Of a DNA stretch of 64,000 nt, positions 54,561 to 63,854 are shown piece after piece. The position numbers and the translations under genes are program-made. The notes beneath the pieces were generated by a model. That model saw only the letters and a list, made by a program, of their open reading frames with translations. It was not told where the DNA came from and searched no databases. How positions within the stretch are numbered: the stretch's first letter is position 1; each line of letters begins with the position of its first letter. The DNA comes from Candidatus Krumholzibacteriia bacterium (lineage in GTDB: Bacteria > Krumholzibacteriota > Krumholzibacteriia > LZORAL124-64-63): NCBI GenBank assembly GCA_046484865.1, contig JAWOID010000116.1:12420-76419 (forward strand), written 5' to 3'.

Positions 54561-55663
54561 AGTGGGGAGGCTTCGATCGATTCCGCGATGGGCTGAAGAA
54601 GTCCCGCGACGACTTCGCGCGGAAGATGCAGACACTCTTCACCGGCAAGGTGAAGCTGGATGCCGAGACGCTCGACCGCATCGAGGAACTCCTGATCAGT
54701 GCGGACATGGGCGTGCAGTCGAGCGTGGCCATCGTGAAGACCATCGAACGCCGTCTTCGCGAGGAGGGGGGCGAGGCCAGCATCGGCTCGGTGATGCAGG
54801 TGATCCGGGGCGACGTGCGGCGGATCCTCTCCGAGGCCACTCCCAAGGTGCGTCCGCCGCAGTGGGGCCAGGGCGAGTCGGCGGACTCCGGCGGCAAGAG
54901 CAAGGGCAAGGGCAAGGGGAAGAAGGGCAAGAAGGGGAAGACGGCAGGTGGCGCCCCGCGGGACGGGAGCGAGACCGCCGTCGCGGATGCCCTCGCGGAG
55001 CCCGCGGCCGCGGGCAAGCCGCACGTCATCTTCGTGGTCGGCGTCAACGGCACCGGCAAGACCACCAGCATCGCCAAGCTGGCACACCTGCTGAAGGAGC
55101 AGGGCCAGTCGGTGCTGCTGGCGGCGGGCGACACCTTCCGCGCCGCAGCCGTCGAGCAGCTCCAGGTGTGGGCGGAACGCGTGGGCGTGCCCTGCATCTC
55201 GCAGGGGCACGGTGCCGACCCGGCGGCCGTGGTCTACGACGCCCTGGGCGCCGCCGCGGCCCGCGGTGTGGACGTGGTCATCGTCGACACGGCCGGTCGC
55301 CTGCACACGAAGACCAACCTCATGGCCGAGCTGGGCAAGATGGAGCGCGTGATCGAGAAGCGCACCGGCCGGGCGCCCGAGACGCTGCTCGTCGTGGACG
55401 CCAACACCGGTCAGAACGGCCTGCAGCAGGCACGTGTCTTCGCCGAGACCATCCCCGTGGACGGACTCGTGCTGGCCAAGCTGGACGGCACCGCCAAGGG
55501 CGGCATCGTGGTGGCGATCGCCGAGACGCTGGGCCTGCCGGTGAAGTACGTGGGCACCGGCGAGACCTTGGACGACATCGCGCCCTTCGACACCGACGCG
55601 TTCGTCGACGCCCTGTTCGCCGGCTGGGCGCCGGACGAGGAGAGCGAGGCGGCGCATACCTGA
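54557..55663 (+). CDS. ftsY: SRP receptor FtsY
   Basis: GLKKSR, GVNGTGKTTS, DTFRAAA, DTAGR, DANTGQN, KLDGTAKGG, GTGE. Confidence 0.96.
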   Translation: MKWGGFDRFRDGLKKSRDDFARKMQTLFTGKVKLDAETLDRIEELLISADMGVQSSVAIVKTIERRLREEGGEASIGSVMQVIRGDVRRILSEATPKVRPPQWGQGESADSGGKSKGKGKGKKGKKGKTAGGAPRDGSETAVADALAEPAAAGKPHVIFVVGVNGTGKTTSIAKLAHLLKEQGQSVLLAAGDTFRAAAVEQLQVWAERVGVPCISQGHGADPAAVVYDALGAAAARGVDVVIVDTAGRLHTKTNLMAELGKMERVIEKRTGRAPETLLVVDANTGQNGLQQARVFAETIPVDGLVLAKLDGTAKGGIVVAIAETLGLPVKYVGTGETLDDIAPFDTDAFVDALFAGWAPDEESEAAHT

Positions 55664-55728
55664 GCGGGCGAAGCCGGCGGTGGCGCGGCATGCCAGGAAC
55701 GCGAGGCGGACCGCCGCCGGAGGACCCC

Positions 55729-56565
55729 GTGGCCGCACAGAGACTCCGCATCACCATCCTGGCGGACAACCAGGCCGCCCCCGGACTGGCCGGTGAGCAC
55801 GGGCTCTCCTGCTGGGTGGAGGCGGCGGACCGGCGCGTGCTCCTGGATACCGGAACGGGCGGTGTGCTCGCCGCCAACGCCGAGAAGCTCGGCATCGATC
55901 TCGCCACCGCCGACGCGCTCGTGCTCAGCCACGGCCACCGCGATCACACCGGCGGCCTTCCCCAGGTCCTGGCGCGGGCGCCCGGGCTGCACGTCTACCA
56001 TCACCCCGGCGTCGTGCTCGAGCGCTACAGCGTCACGAGCGACGCGTCCCGGGCGAACGGCATGCCGCCGGAGGCCCGCGCGGCTCTCGAGGCCGTGCCC
56101 GACCAGCGTCGCCATCTGGTGGAGCAGCCGACGCTGCTGGCGGATGGCCTCGGGCTCACCGGTCCGGTGCCCCGCGAAACGGCGTACGAGGATCCCGGCG
56201 GACCGTTCTTCCTCGACTCCGCCGGGCAGCGTCCCGATCCCATCCTCGACGACCTGGCGCTGTGGATCGCCACGCCGCGCGGAGCGGTGGTCTGTCTCGG
56301 CTGCGGTCATGCCGGACTGGTGAACACGCTGCGGCAGATCTTGCGCACGGCCGGCGTGTCGCGCATCCGTGCGGTGCTCGGCGGCTTCCACCTGATCCAG
56401 GCCGGCGCGGCGCGGCTCGCGGCCACGGTCGATGCGCTCGCGGCGCTCGACCCGGACCTGGTGGTACCCTGCCACTGCACCGGCGATGCCGCCACGGCGC
56501 TGTTCGCGGAACGGCTGGGTGACCGGGTGTCGCCCGGTCGCGCCGGCGCCACCTTCCACTTTTGA
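55729..56565 (+). CDS. MBL-fold metallo-hydrolase
   Basis: EHGLS, LLDTG, LSHGHRDHTGG, DDLAL, GCGHAG, GGFHL, PCHCTG. Confidence 0.9.
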   Translation: MAAQRLRITILADNQAAPGLAGEHGLSCWVEAADRRVLLDTGTGGVLAANAEKLGIDLATADALVLSHGHRDHTGGLPQVLARAPGLHVYHHPGVVLERYSVTSDASRANGMPPEARAALEAVPDQRRHLVEQPTLLADGLGLTGPVPRETAYEDPGGPFFLDSAGQRPDPILDDLALWIATPRGAVVCLGCGHAGLVNTLRQILRTAGVSRIRAVLGGFHLIQAGAARLAATVDALAALDPDLVVPCHCTGDAATALFAERLGDRVSPGRAGATFHF

Positions 56566-56718
56566 TCCGTCTGGGCAACGCCGGCAGCAGCCCGGCGGCC
56601 GGAGCCCGACGGCGGCGCCGGCGATGCCGCGCCTGGGCCTGGCGCCGGGGCCTGGCGCCGGGATCGCTCCCTCCCTAGCCTGGGAGCGACGCCGTCATCC
56701 CGGAAGGAAGGGAATGCC

Positions 56719-58185
56719 ATGCCCGGTTCCGATCATCGCGAACTGCTGCGCGAGATGGAGATCTTCAGTCACGTCGAGGATCCCACCCTGGCGGACATCG
56801 CCGCCGCACTCGAGGAACGGACGATCGCCGCAGGCGAGGACCTCTTCGGTGAGGGCGATGCGGGCGGCTTCGTCTTCCTGGTGGCGGACGGCGCCCTGGA
56901 GGTGCGCAAGCGCGGCGAGACCGGAGCGGAGGTGCTGCTGCGCCTGATGGGCGCCGGCGAGGTGGGCGGCCTCACCAGCACGCTGCTGGCGCAACCGCGC
57001 TCCGCCACGCTTCGCGCGCGCCGGCCGACCCGCGTGCTGATCCTGCCGCGCCCGGGCTTCCTCGAGTTGCTGGAGCGCCACCCGGATCTGGTGCGCTCGC
57101 TGCTGGCGTTCCTCAGCGGCAAGGTCCGCAGCAAGACGGCGCGCGTGGCCAGCCTCATGGCGCGCGCGGGAGCGGGGGCGGGCGAGCCGGTGGCGGTGTT
57201 CGACGCCAAGCCGTACGATCGCCGCTACCTCGGCGAGGCCGCGGGCGACGATCTGGCCCTGCAGTTCTTCGCCGCGAATCTGGGCCCGGAGACCGCGACC
57301 CTGGCCCTGGGTTTCCGCGTGGTCTGCGCCTTCGTCAACGACGACCTCTCCGAAGCGGTCGTCGAGCGTCTCGGCGCCGGAGGCGTGGAACTGCTGGCGC
57401 TGCGTTCGGCGGGGTTCAACAACGTCGATCTGGAGGCCGCCGGGCGGCACGGTGTCACCGTCGTGCGCGTGCCGGGCTACTCGCCCCACGCGGTGGCCGA
57501 GCACACCGTGGCGCTCATCCTCTCCCTCGACCGGAAGATCCACCGCGCCTACCAGCGCGTCCGCGAGGGGAATTTCAGCCTCGCCGGCCTGGTCGGCTTC
57601 GACCTGCACGGCCGCACCGCGGGAATCGTGGGACTCGGCAAGATCGGCCGCACCCTGGCGGAGATCCTGCGGGGCTTCGGCATGACGGTGCTGGGGCAGG
57701 ACCCGTATCCCGATCGCGAGTTCGCCGACCGGACGGGCGTGGAACTGGTGGACCTGGACGAGTTGCTCGCGCGCTCCGACATCGTCAGCCTCAACGCGCC
57801 CCTCACCCCGGAGACGCGCCACCTGATCGACGCGGGGGCGGTGGCGCGCATGAAGCCCGGCGTCATGCTCGTCAATACCGGGCGCGGAGCCCTGGTGGAC
57901 ACGGCCGCCCTGATCGAGGGACTCAAGAGCGGCCGCATCGGCGCCGCCGGACTCGACGTGTACGAGGAGGAGAGCGAGTACTTCTTCGAGGACCGCTCCG
58001 ACCGGGTGATCACCGACGACCTGCTCGCGCGGCTGCTCACCTTTCCCAACGTCCTGATCACCAGCCACCAGGGGTTCCTGACCGAGGAGGCCCTGCGCAA
58101 CATCGCCGCGACCACGATGGCGAACATCCGCTCGTTCCTCGCCGGCGCGCGCGGCCGGGACCTGGAGAACGTGGTGCTGCCGTAG
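56719..58185 (+). CDS. Cyclic-nucleotide-binding domain fused to an LdhA-type D-lactate (2-hydroxyacid) dehydrogenase
   Basis: N-terminal LF.EGD....FLV..G.LEV...PRSAT; C-terminal VFDAKPYD, CAFVND, LRSAGFNNVD, VPGYSPHAVAEH, GLGKIG, NTGRG, LDVYEEE, TSHQGFLT. Confidence 0.9.
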   Translation: MPGSDHRELLREMEIFSHVEDPTLADIAAALEERTIAAGEDLFGEGDAGGFVFLVADGALEVRKRGETGAEVLLRLMGAGEVGGLTSTLLAQPRSATLRARRPTRVLILPRPGFLELLERHPDLVRSLLAFLSGKVRSKTARVASLMARAGAGAGEPVAVFDAKPYDRRYLGEAAGDDLALQFFAANLGPETATLALGFRVVCAFVNDDLSEAVVERLGAGGVELLALRSAGFNNVDLEAAGRHGVTVVRVPGYSPHAVAEHTVALILSLDRKIHRAYQRVREGNFSLAGLVGFDLHGRTAGIVGLGKIGRTLAEILRGFGMTVLGQDPYPDREFADRTGVELVDLDELLARSDIVSLNAPLTPETRHLIDAGAVARMKPGVMLVNTGRGALVDTAALIEGLKSGRIGAAGLDVYEEESEYFFEDRSDRVITDDLLARLLTFPNVLITSHQGFLTEEALRNIAATTMANIRSFLAGARGRDLENVVLP

Positions 58186-58210
58186 CTTACCGCCCATGGC
58201 CGCACCCGGC

Positions 58211-58239
58211 TTGACGACGGGATGCGCACCGCTTAGCTT
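58211..58239 (+). promoter_or_regulatory. rib operon promoter TTGACG-N17-TAGCTT
   Basis: Elements at 58211-58216 and 58234-58239, upstream of the riboswitch. Confidence 0.6.
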
Positions 58240-58276
58240 TGATTTCGGAAACGACGCAAACACAACGTCTTGACCA

Positions 58277-58413
58277 CCACTTCGGGGCGGGGTGAAAGTC
58301 CCCACCGGCGGTGATAGCCCGCGAGCCCGACGGATCCGGCGAGAGCCGGGTTCCGACGGCACGATCCGGTGGAATTCCGGAGCCGACGGTCAGAGTCCGG
58401 ATGGGAGAAGTGA
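58277..58413 (+). promoter_or_regulatory. FMN riboswitch (RFN element)
   Basis: CTTCGGGGCGGGGTGAAAGTCCCCACCGGCGGT...AGCCCGCGAG...GATCCGGTGGAATTCCGGAGCCGACGGT.AGAGTCCGGATGGGAGAAG upstream of ribD. Confidence 0.97.
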
Positions 58414-58580
58414 GGGGTCGGTGTGGCCGTCCGCGCGGAGCATCGCGCGGATCCGTGGCCGTTCGCGCACGGTCGGCCGGTCAGGCCCGACCGGCGGTGC
58501 GCTCGGCACGCGCCCGCACACGCCTGCCTCCAGCCAATCTCCCGCCAGGATCGCCGCGCCCCGCGATGTTCGGGGAGATC

Positions 58581-59801
58581 ATGCGCCAGGGCTACCGGCC
58601 GATCGACGACAGCCGCTTCATGGACAGGGCGCTGACCCTGGCCGCCCGGTTGCCACGACGTCCGTGGCCCAACCCGCCGGTCGGCGCCGTCGTGGTCGGC
58701 GCGGACGGGGCCATCGTGGGCGAGGGAGCCCACTTCGGACCGGGCGAGCGGCACGCGGAGCGGGTGGCGCTGGATCGGGCGGGCGAGCGCGCTCGCGGCG
58801 GCACCCTCTACGTGTCGCTGGAGCCGTGCAATCACGAGGGACGCACGCCGGCCTGCGCGCCGCACGTGGCCGCGAGCGGCGTTCGACGCGTGGTGGTGGC
58901 GGTGGCCGATCCCAACCCGCGGGTGGCCGGGGGCGGCGTGCATCTCCTGCGCGAGCGAGGTCTGGAGGTCGTGCTCGGAGTGGGCGCGCGGGCCGCGCTC
59001 GAGCTCATCTGGCCCTTCGTGGCGACCGACGCCTTCTCGCGCCCCTACCTGGAACTGAAGCTGGCCACGACGATGGATGCCCGTTTCGCGCCACCGCACG
59101 CGGCGACCGGAAACGGGCCGGTGTACCTCACCGGCGAGGCGGCACGCCGCGACGTCCATCGCCGGCGGCGCTGGATGGATCTGGTCCTCGTGGGCAGTGG
59201 CACCGCGCGTGCCGATCGGCCGCGTCTGGACGCTCGGCTCGCGCCGGCGGACGCCCCTCTGCCCGCAGCCGATCCTGCCGCGGGCTACGTGGACACGGAA
59301 CTCTCGCTCGCCGAGGGACCCCGCCGCGAGCGAGGCTTCGTCTTCCACCGCCGGGGCGCCCGCCCGGGGACGGGCGGAATCCCGTCCGGCTTCACACCGG
59401 TGCCGTGCCCCGAGCGCGAGGGGCGCCTCGATCCGGCCGGTCTGCTCGCCGCCGCCGCCGGCCACGGCCTGCACACCCTGATGCTGGAGGGTGGACCGCG
59501 CCTGGCAGCGTCGTTCCTGGCAGCCGGTCGCGTGGATACCTGGGTGCAGTACCTGGCGCCGGCCGTGCTGGGCGGCGGCGTCTCGTGGCCGCCGGCCTTC
59601 TCCGGCCGCCCGGACGCGATCGACCCGGGGATCGGCGGCAGCGGTCCGGGCGACCGCTGGCATCTGCGCGACGTGCGTCGTCTGGGAGCCGACGCGCGCT
59701 TGATCTGGGACCGGCGCGACTTCGCCACCGACCTGCAACGGCTCACGGCGGAGTGCGCGCGCGCGGCGCGCGTGGCGTGCGCCGTCCGGGAGGAGAGCTG
59801 A
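58581..59801 (+). CDS. ribD: Bifunctional riboflavin deaminase/reductase
   Basis: PNPPVGAVVV, HAE, LYVSLEPCNHEGRTPAC, DPNPRVAG.G, LEGG. Confidence 0.93.
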   Translation: MRQGYRPIDDSRFMDRALTLAARLPRRPWPNPPVGAVVVGADGAIVGEGAHFGPGERHAERVALDRAGERARGGTLYVSLEPCNHEGRTPACAPHVAASGVRRVVVAVADPNPRVAGGGVHLLRERGLEVVLGVGARAALELIWPFVATDAFSRPYLELKLATTMDARFAPPHAATGNGPVYLTGEAARRDVHRRRRWMDLVLVGSGTARADRPRLDARLAPADAPLPAADPAAGYVDTELSLAEGPRRERGFVFHRRGARPGTGGIPSGFTPVPCPEREGRLDPAGLLAAAAGHGLHTLMLEGGPRLAASFLAAGRVDTWVQYLAPAVLGGGVSWPPAFSGRPDAIDPGIGGSGPGDRWHLRDVRRLGADARLIWDRRDFATDLQRLTAECARAARVACAVREES

Positions 59802-60517
59802 TGTTCACCGGGCTGGTGCGCGAGGTGGGACGGCTGCGCGGCGTGCGGCGTCGCGCCGGCCTGACCCGGCTGGACGTGCACGCGCCGGAACTGGCGCCGC
59901 GCCTGGCGGCCGGCGACAGCGTGGCGGTGAACGGCATCTGTCTCACGGTCACCCGCCCCGGCCGCACCGGCTTCACCGTGGATGCCGCCGCCGAGACCCG
60001 TCGCGTCACCACCCTGCCGCGCTGGCGTCCGGGCGATCCGCTGCACCTGGAGCCGGCATTGCGCGCCGGCGACCCGCTGGACGGCCATCTGGTGCTGGGC
60101 CACGTGGACGGCACCGGCCGCCTCGCCGCCCTGCGCAACGCCGGCGGCAGCCTGTTCTTGACCTTCAGCCTGGCCCCGGAACTGGCGCGATATCTGCTGC
60201 CCAAGGGTTCGGTAGCGGTGGACGGGGTGAGCCTCACCGTGGACCGGGGGCCGTTCCGCGACCGTTTCACCGTGAATCTCGTCCCCCACACCCTGCGCTG
60301 GACCTCGTTCGACCGGATCCGCGTCGGAAAGTCCGTGAATCTCGAGATGGACGTGCTGGTGAAGGCGGCGCGTAGCGGTGACGGCCTGCGCGGCGCCTGG
60401 GCCGGCGTGCCCGCACAGCCGGACGCATCGCGCGACGCCTCCGCTCGCGCGCCGTCCGTTCGCAGCCTGACGGAGATCCTCGACCGCGGCTGGCGCCGCG
60501 GCGCGAAAGGAAGATAG
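59801..60517 (+). CDS. ribE: Riboflavin synthase (alpha chain)
   Basis: [47 protein letters not shown]. Confidence 0.95.
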   Translation: MFTGLVREVGRLRGVRRRAGLTRLDVHAPELAPRLAAGDSVAVNGICLTVTRPGRTGFTVDAAAETRRVTTLPRWRPGDPLHLEPALRAGDPLDGHLVLGHVDGTGRLAALRNAGGSLFLTFSLAPELARYLLPKGSVAVDGVSLTVDRGPFRDRFTVNLVPHTLRWTSFDRIRVGKSVNLEMDVLVKAARSGDGLRGAWAGVPAQPDASRDASARAPSVRSLTEILDRGWRRGAKGR

Positions 60518-60519
60518 CG

Positions 60520-61812
<1,293 letters not shown>

Positions 61813-61821
61813 GGAGGAAGC

Positions 61822-62295
61822 ATGGGCAAGAACTTCGAGGGGCGCTTCGACGCCCGCGGCAAGTCCATCGCCATCGTGGCCAGCCGCTTCAACGATTTCT
61901 TCACGCGCGAGCTGATGGACGGCGCGCTCGACTGCTTACGCCGGCACGGGGTGAGCGACGAGCAGATCGACACCGCGTGGGTGCCGGGCGGTTTCGAGGT
62001 GCCGCTGGCCGCGAAGCGCTTCGTGCAGACCGGCCGCTACGCCGCGGTGATCTGCGTGAGCTGCATCATCCAGGGCGACACGCCGCACTTCCACTACATC
62101 TCCTCGGAGATCACCAAGGGGATCGCCCAGGTGTCGCTGGAGAGCAACGTGCCGGTGGTGTATGGCGTGGTCACCGCCGAGACCCTGGACCAGGCCATCG
62201 AGCGGTCGGGAACCAAGGCCGGCAACAAGGGGTTCGAGGCGGCCCTGACCGCGCTGGAGATGATCGATCTCTTCGGCGTCATCGACGAGGGTTGA
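61822..62295 (+). CDS. ribH: 6,7-dimethyl-8-ribityllumazine synthase
   Basis: IVASRFN, VPGGFEVP, GDTPHF, QAIERSGTKAGNKG. Confidence 0.96.
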   Translation: MGKNFEGRFDARGKSIAIVASRFNDFFTRELMDGALDCLRRHGVSDEQIDTAWVPGGFEVPLAAKRFVQTGRYAAVICVSCIIQGDTPHFHYISSEITKGIAQVSLESNVPVVYGVVTAETLDQAIERSGTKAGNKGFEAALTALEMIDLFGVIDEG

Positions 62296-62314
62296 TCCAC
62301 TCCGGGAGAGAGCC

Positions 62315-62926
62315 TTGGGCAAGCGACGGAAGGGACGCGAGATCGTCCTGCAGAGCTTCTACGCGGCGCGCGTGAGCGGAGCCTCGCTGACGCACTGTCT
62401 CGACGATCAGCTCGCGCGGCGCGAGCCGGCCGACGAGAGCGCGGAGTTCGCGCGCGAGCTGGCGGGGAAGGTCGCCCGGCACGGCATCGAGGCGCGTGGG
62501 CGCGTCGAGAGTCTGTTGCAGAACTGGGACCCCGAGCGGGTGGGTCTGCTGGAGCGGCTCATCCTCACCATGGCCGTCACCGAGCTGGAGCACAGCCCGG
62601 ACGTGCCGTACCGGGTGGTGATCAACGAGGCCTGCGAGCTGGCTCGCCGCTATTGCGACGAGGGAGCGGTGGGCTTCGTCAACGGCATCCTCGACCGGGC
62701 GGCGGGAGACCTGGGCCTGCGCGACGGCGTTCCCTCGCGGACGGGGACGCCGGGCGGAGCGGCCCGGCTCGTCGCGCCCGATGTCGATCGGAGCGGCGCC
62801 GGCAATCTGGCCGGGCACGACGATGGCGACGACCTGGCCGGACACGACCAGGACGACGACCCGGCCGGACACGACGATGGCGACGACCCGGCCGGACACG
62901 ACGACAGAGAAAGCGGCGCTTCATGA
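62315..62926 (+). CDS. nusB: Transcription antitermination factor NusB with a repetitive acidic tail
   Basis: RRKGRE..LQ..Y, NW...R...LER.IL, VP.RVVINEA.ELA..Y, FVNGILD; follows ribH. Confidence 0.92.
   Translation: MGKRRKGREIVLQSFYAARVSGASLTHCLDDQLARREPADESAEFARELAGKVARHGIEARGRVESLLQNWDPERVGLLERLILTMAVTELEHSPDVPYRVVINEACELARRYCDEGAVGFVNGILDRAAGDLGLRDGVPSRTGTPGGAARLVAPDVDRSGAGNLAGHDDGDDLAGHDQDDDPAGHDDGDDPAGHDDRESGAS
62807..62905 (+). repeat. 27-bp coding tandem repeat, about 3.7 copies
   Basis: Units start at 62807, 62834, 62861 and 62888, encoding LAGHDDGDD/LAGHDQDDD/PAGHDDGDD/PAGHDD. Confidence 0.9.
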
Positions 62927-63777
62927 GGGAATCCCGTCCCGAGCACTGGCAGCGGTTCTGGGAGGAGGCGCAGGACCTCGACCTGGACGACGTCTACGGC
63001 ACCGACGGCCGCATGGTGCGCGAGGCGCTGGCCCTCGGCGATCCCGCCGGCCGTCGCATCCTCGAGGTGGGCGCCGGCACCGGCCGCGACGCGGTGGCCC
63101 TGGCTCGTGCCGGCGCCGAGGTCGTCACGCTCGACTACGTGGCCGGCTCCCTGGGTCTGACGCGCAAGGTCGCCGGCCACGCCGGTGTCGCGGCGCAACT
63201 GGTCTGCGGCGACGCGCTGGGCATGCCGTTCGCCGACGAGAGCTTCGACGTGGTGTTCCACCAGGGGCTTCTGGAGCACTTCCGCGCTCCGCAGCCGCTG
63301 CTGCGCGAGAACGCCAGGGTCCTGCGCCCCGGCGGGCATCTGGTGGTCGACGTACCGCAGACGTTCCACTACTACACCCTGGGCAAGCAGGCGCTGATCG
63401 CCGCCGGCCGCTGGTTCGCCGGCTGGGAGACCCAGTTCACGATCGGTCGCCTGGAGGGGCTCGTGTGCGACGCCGGGCTCGTCCCGGTGCGTAGCTACGG
63501 CGACTGGATGGTCCCCGGCCTCTGGTACCGCGCCCTGCGGAAGGTCCTGCTCACCCGCACGGGCGCGCGCCTGCCCATGCGGCCGGATCCCGTGCCGCCG
63601 CTCGGCCGCCTGGCCGCCCGCGCCCGCCGATCCTTCGGTCGCACCCGCCTCGCCCTCTACATCATGCCGACCATCGGTGTGGTGGGGCGAAAAGGTCCCG
63701 GTGCCGCGGGAGACGAGAGTGGCCCCGCTTCCTCGAGAGAAGCGGGGCCGCCGTCCAGCAGGGCCGGAACGCTCTAG
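62923..63777 (+). CDS. Class I SAM-dependent methyltransferase
   Basis: ILEVGAGTG, GDA..MPF.DESFDVVF, LLEHF, RVLRPGG. Confidence 0.9.
   Translation: MRESRPEHWQRFWEEAQDLDLDDVYGTDGRMVREALALGDPAGRRILEVGAGTGRDAVALARAGAEVVTLDYVAGSLGLTRKVAGHAGVAAQLVCGDALGMPFADESFDVVFHQGLLEHFRAPQPLLRENARVLRPGGHLVVDVPQTFHYYTLGKQALIAAGRWFAGWETQFTIGRLEGLVCDAGLVPVRSYGDWMVPGLWYRALRKVLLTRTGARLPMRPDPVPPLGRLAARARRSFGRTRLALYIMPTIGVVGRKGPGAAGDESGPASSREAGPPSSRAGTL
63719..63751. terminator. GC hairpin, possibly the terminator of a convergent minus-strand gene
   Basis: GGCCCCGCTTC-ctcgaga-GAAGCGGGGCC (63721-63749). Confidence 0.45.
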
Positions 63778-63854
63778 AACAGGTTCTTCACGGCGGTCCA
63801 CGTCATCGACGTGGCGCCCACCAGCAGATCGTCTTCCCGAACGAGCCGCTGGTA
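63774..63854 (-). pseudogene. Apparent 3' remnant of a convergent gene ending ...LVGATSMTWTAVKNLF*, truncated by the inversion
   Basis: The minus-strand frame stops at TAG 63776-63774, sharing CTAG with the methyltransferase stop; the mirror copy ends at 63899 on the + strand. Confidence 0.45.

Noticed and set aside
50547..54635. 1362-aa minus-strand ORF and many other long antisense or alternate-frame ORFs (for example 8202-11006, 13948-16644, 6614-9151)
   Set aside because: Shadow ORFs of real high-GC genes; Arg/Ala/Pro-rich with no recognisable motifs
56566..56718. Intergenic hairpin and 13-bp duplication (GGGCCTGGCGCCG x2) before the cNMP-LDH gene as a riboswitch
   Set aside because: No recognisable aptamer consensus; GC-rich stems are expected by chance
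62807..62905. 27-bp repeats considered as a CRISPR array
   Set aside because: Head-to-tail with no unique spacers, in frame inside nusB, and no cas genes
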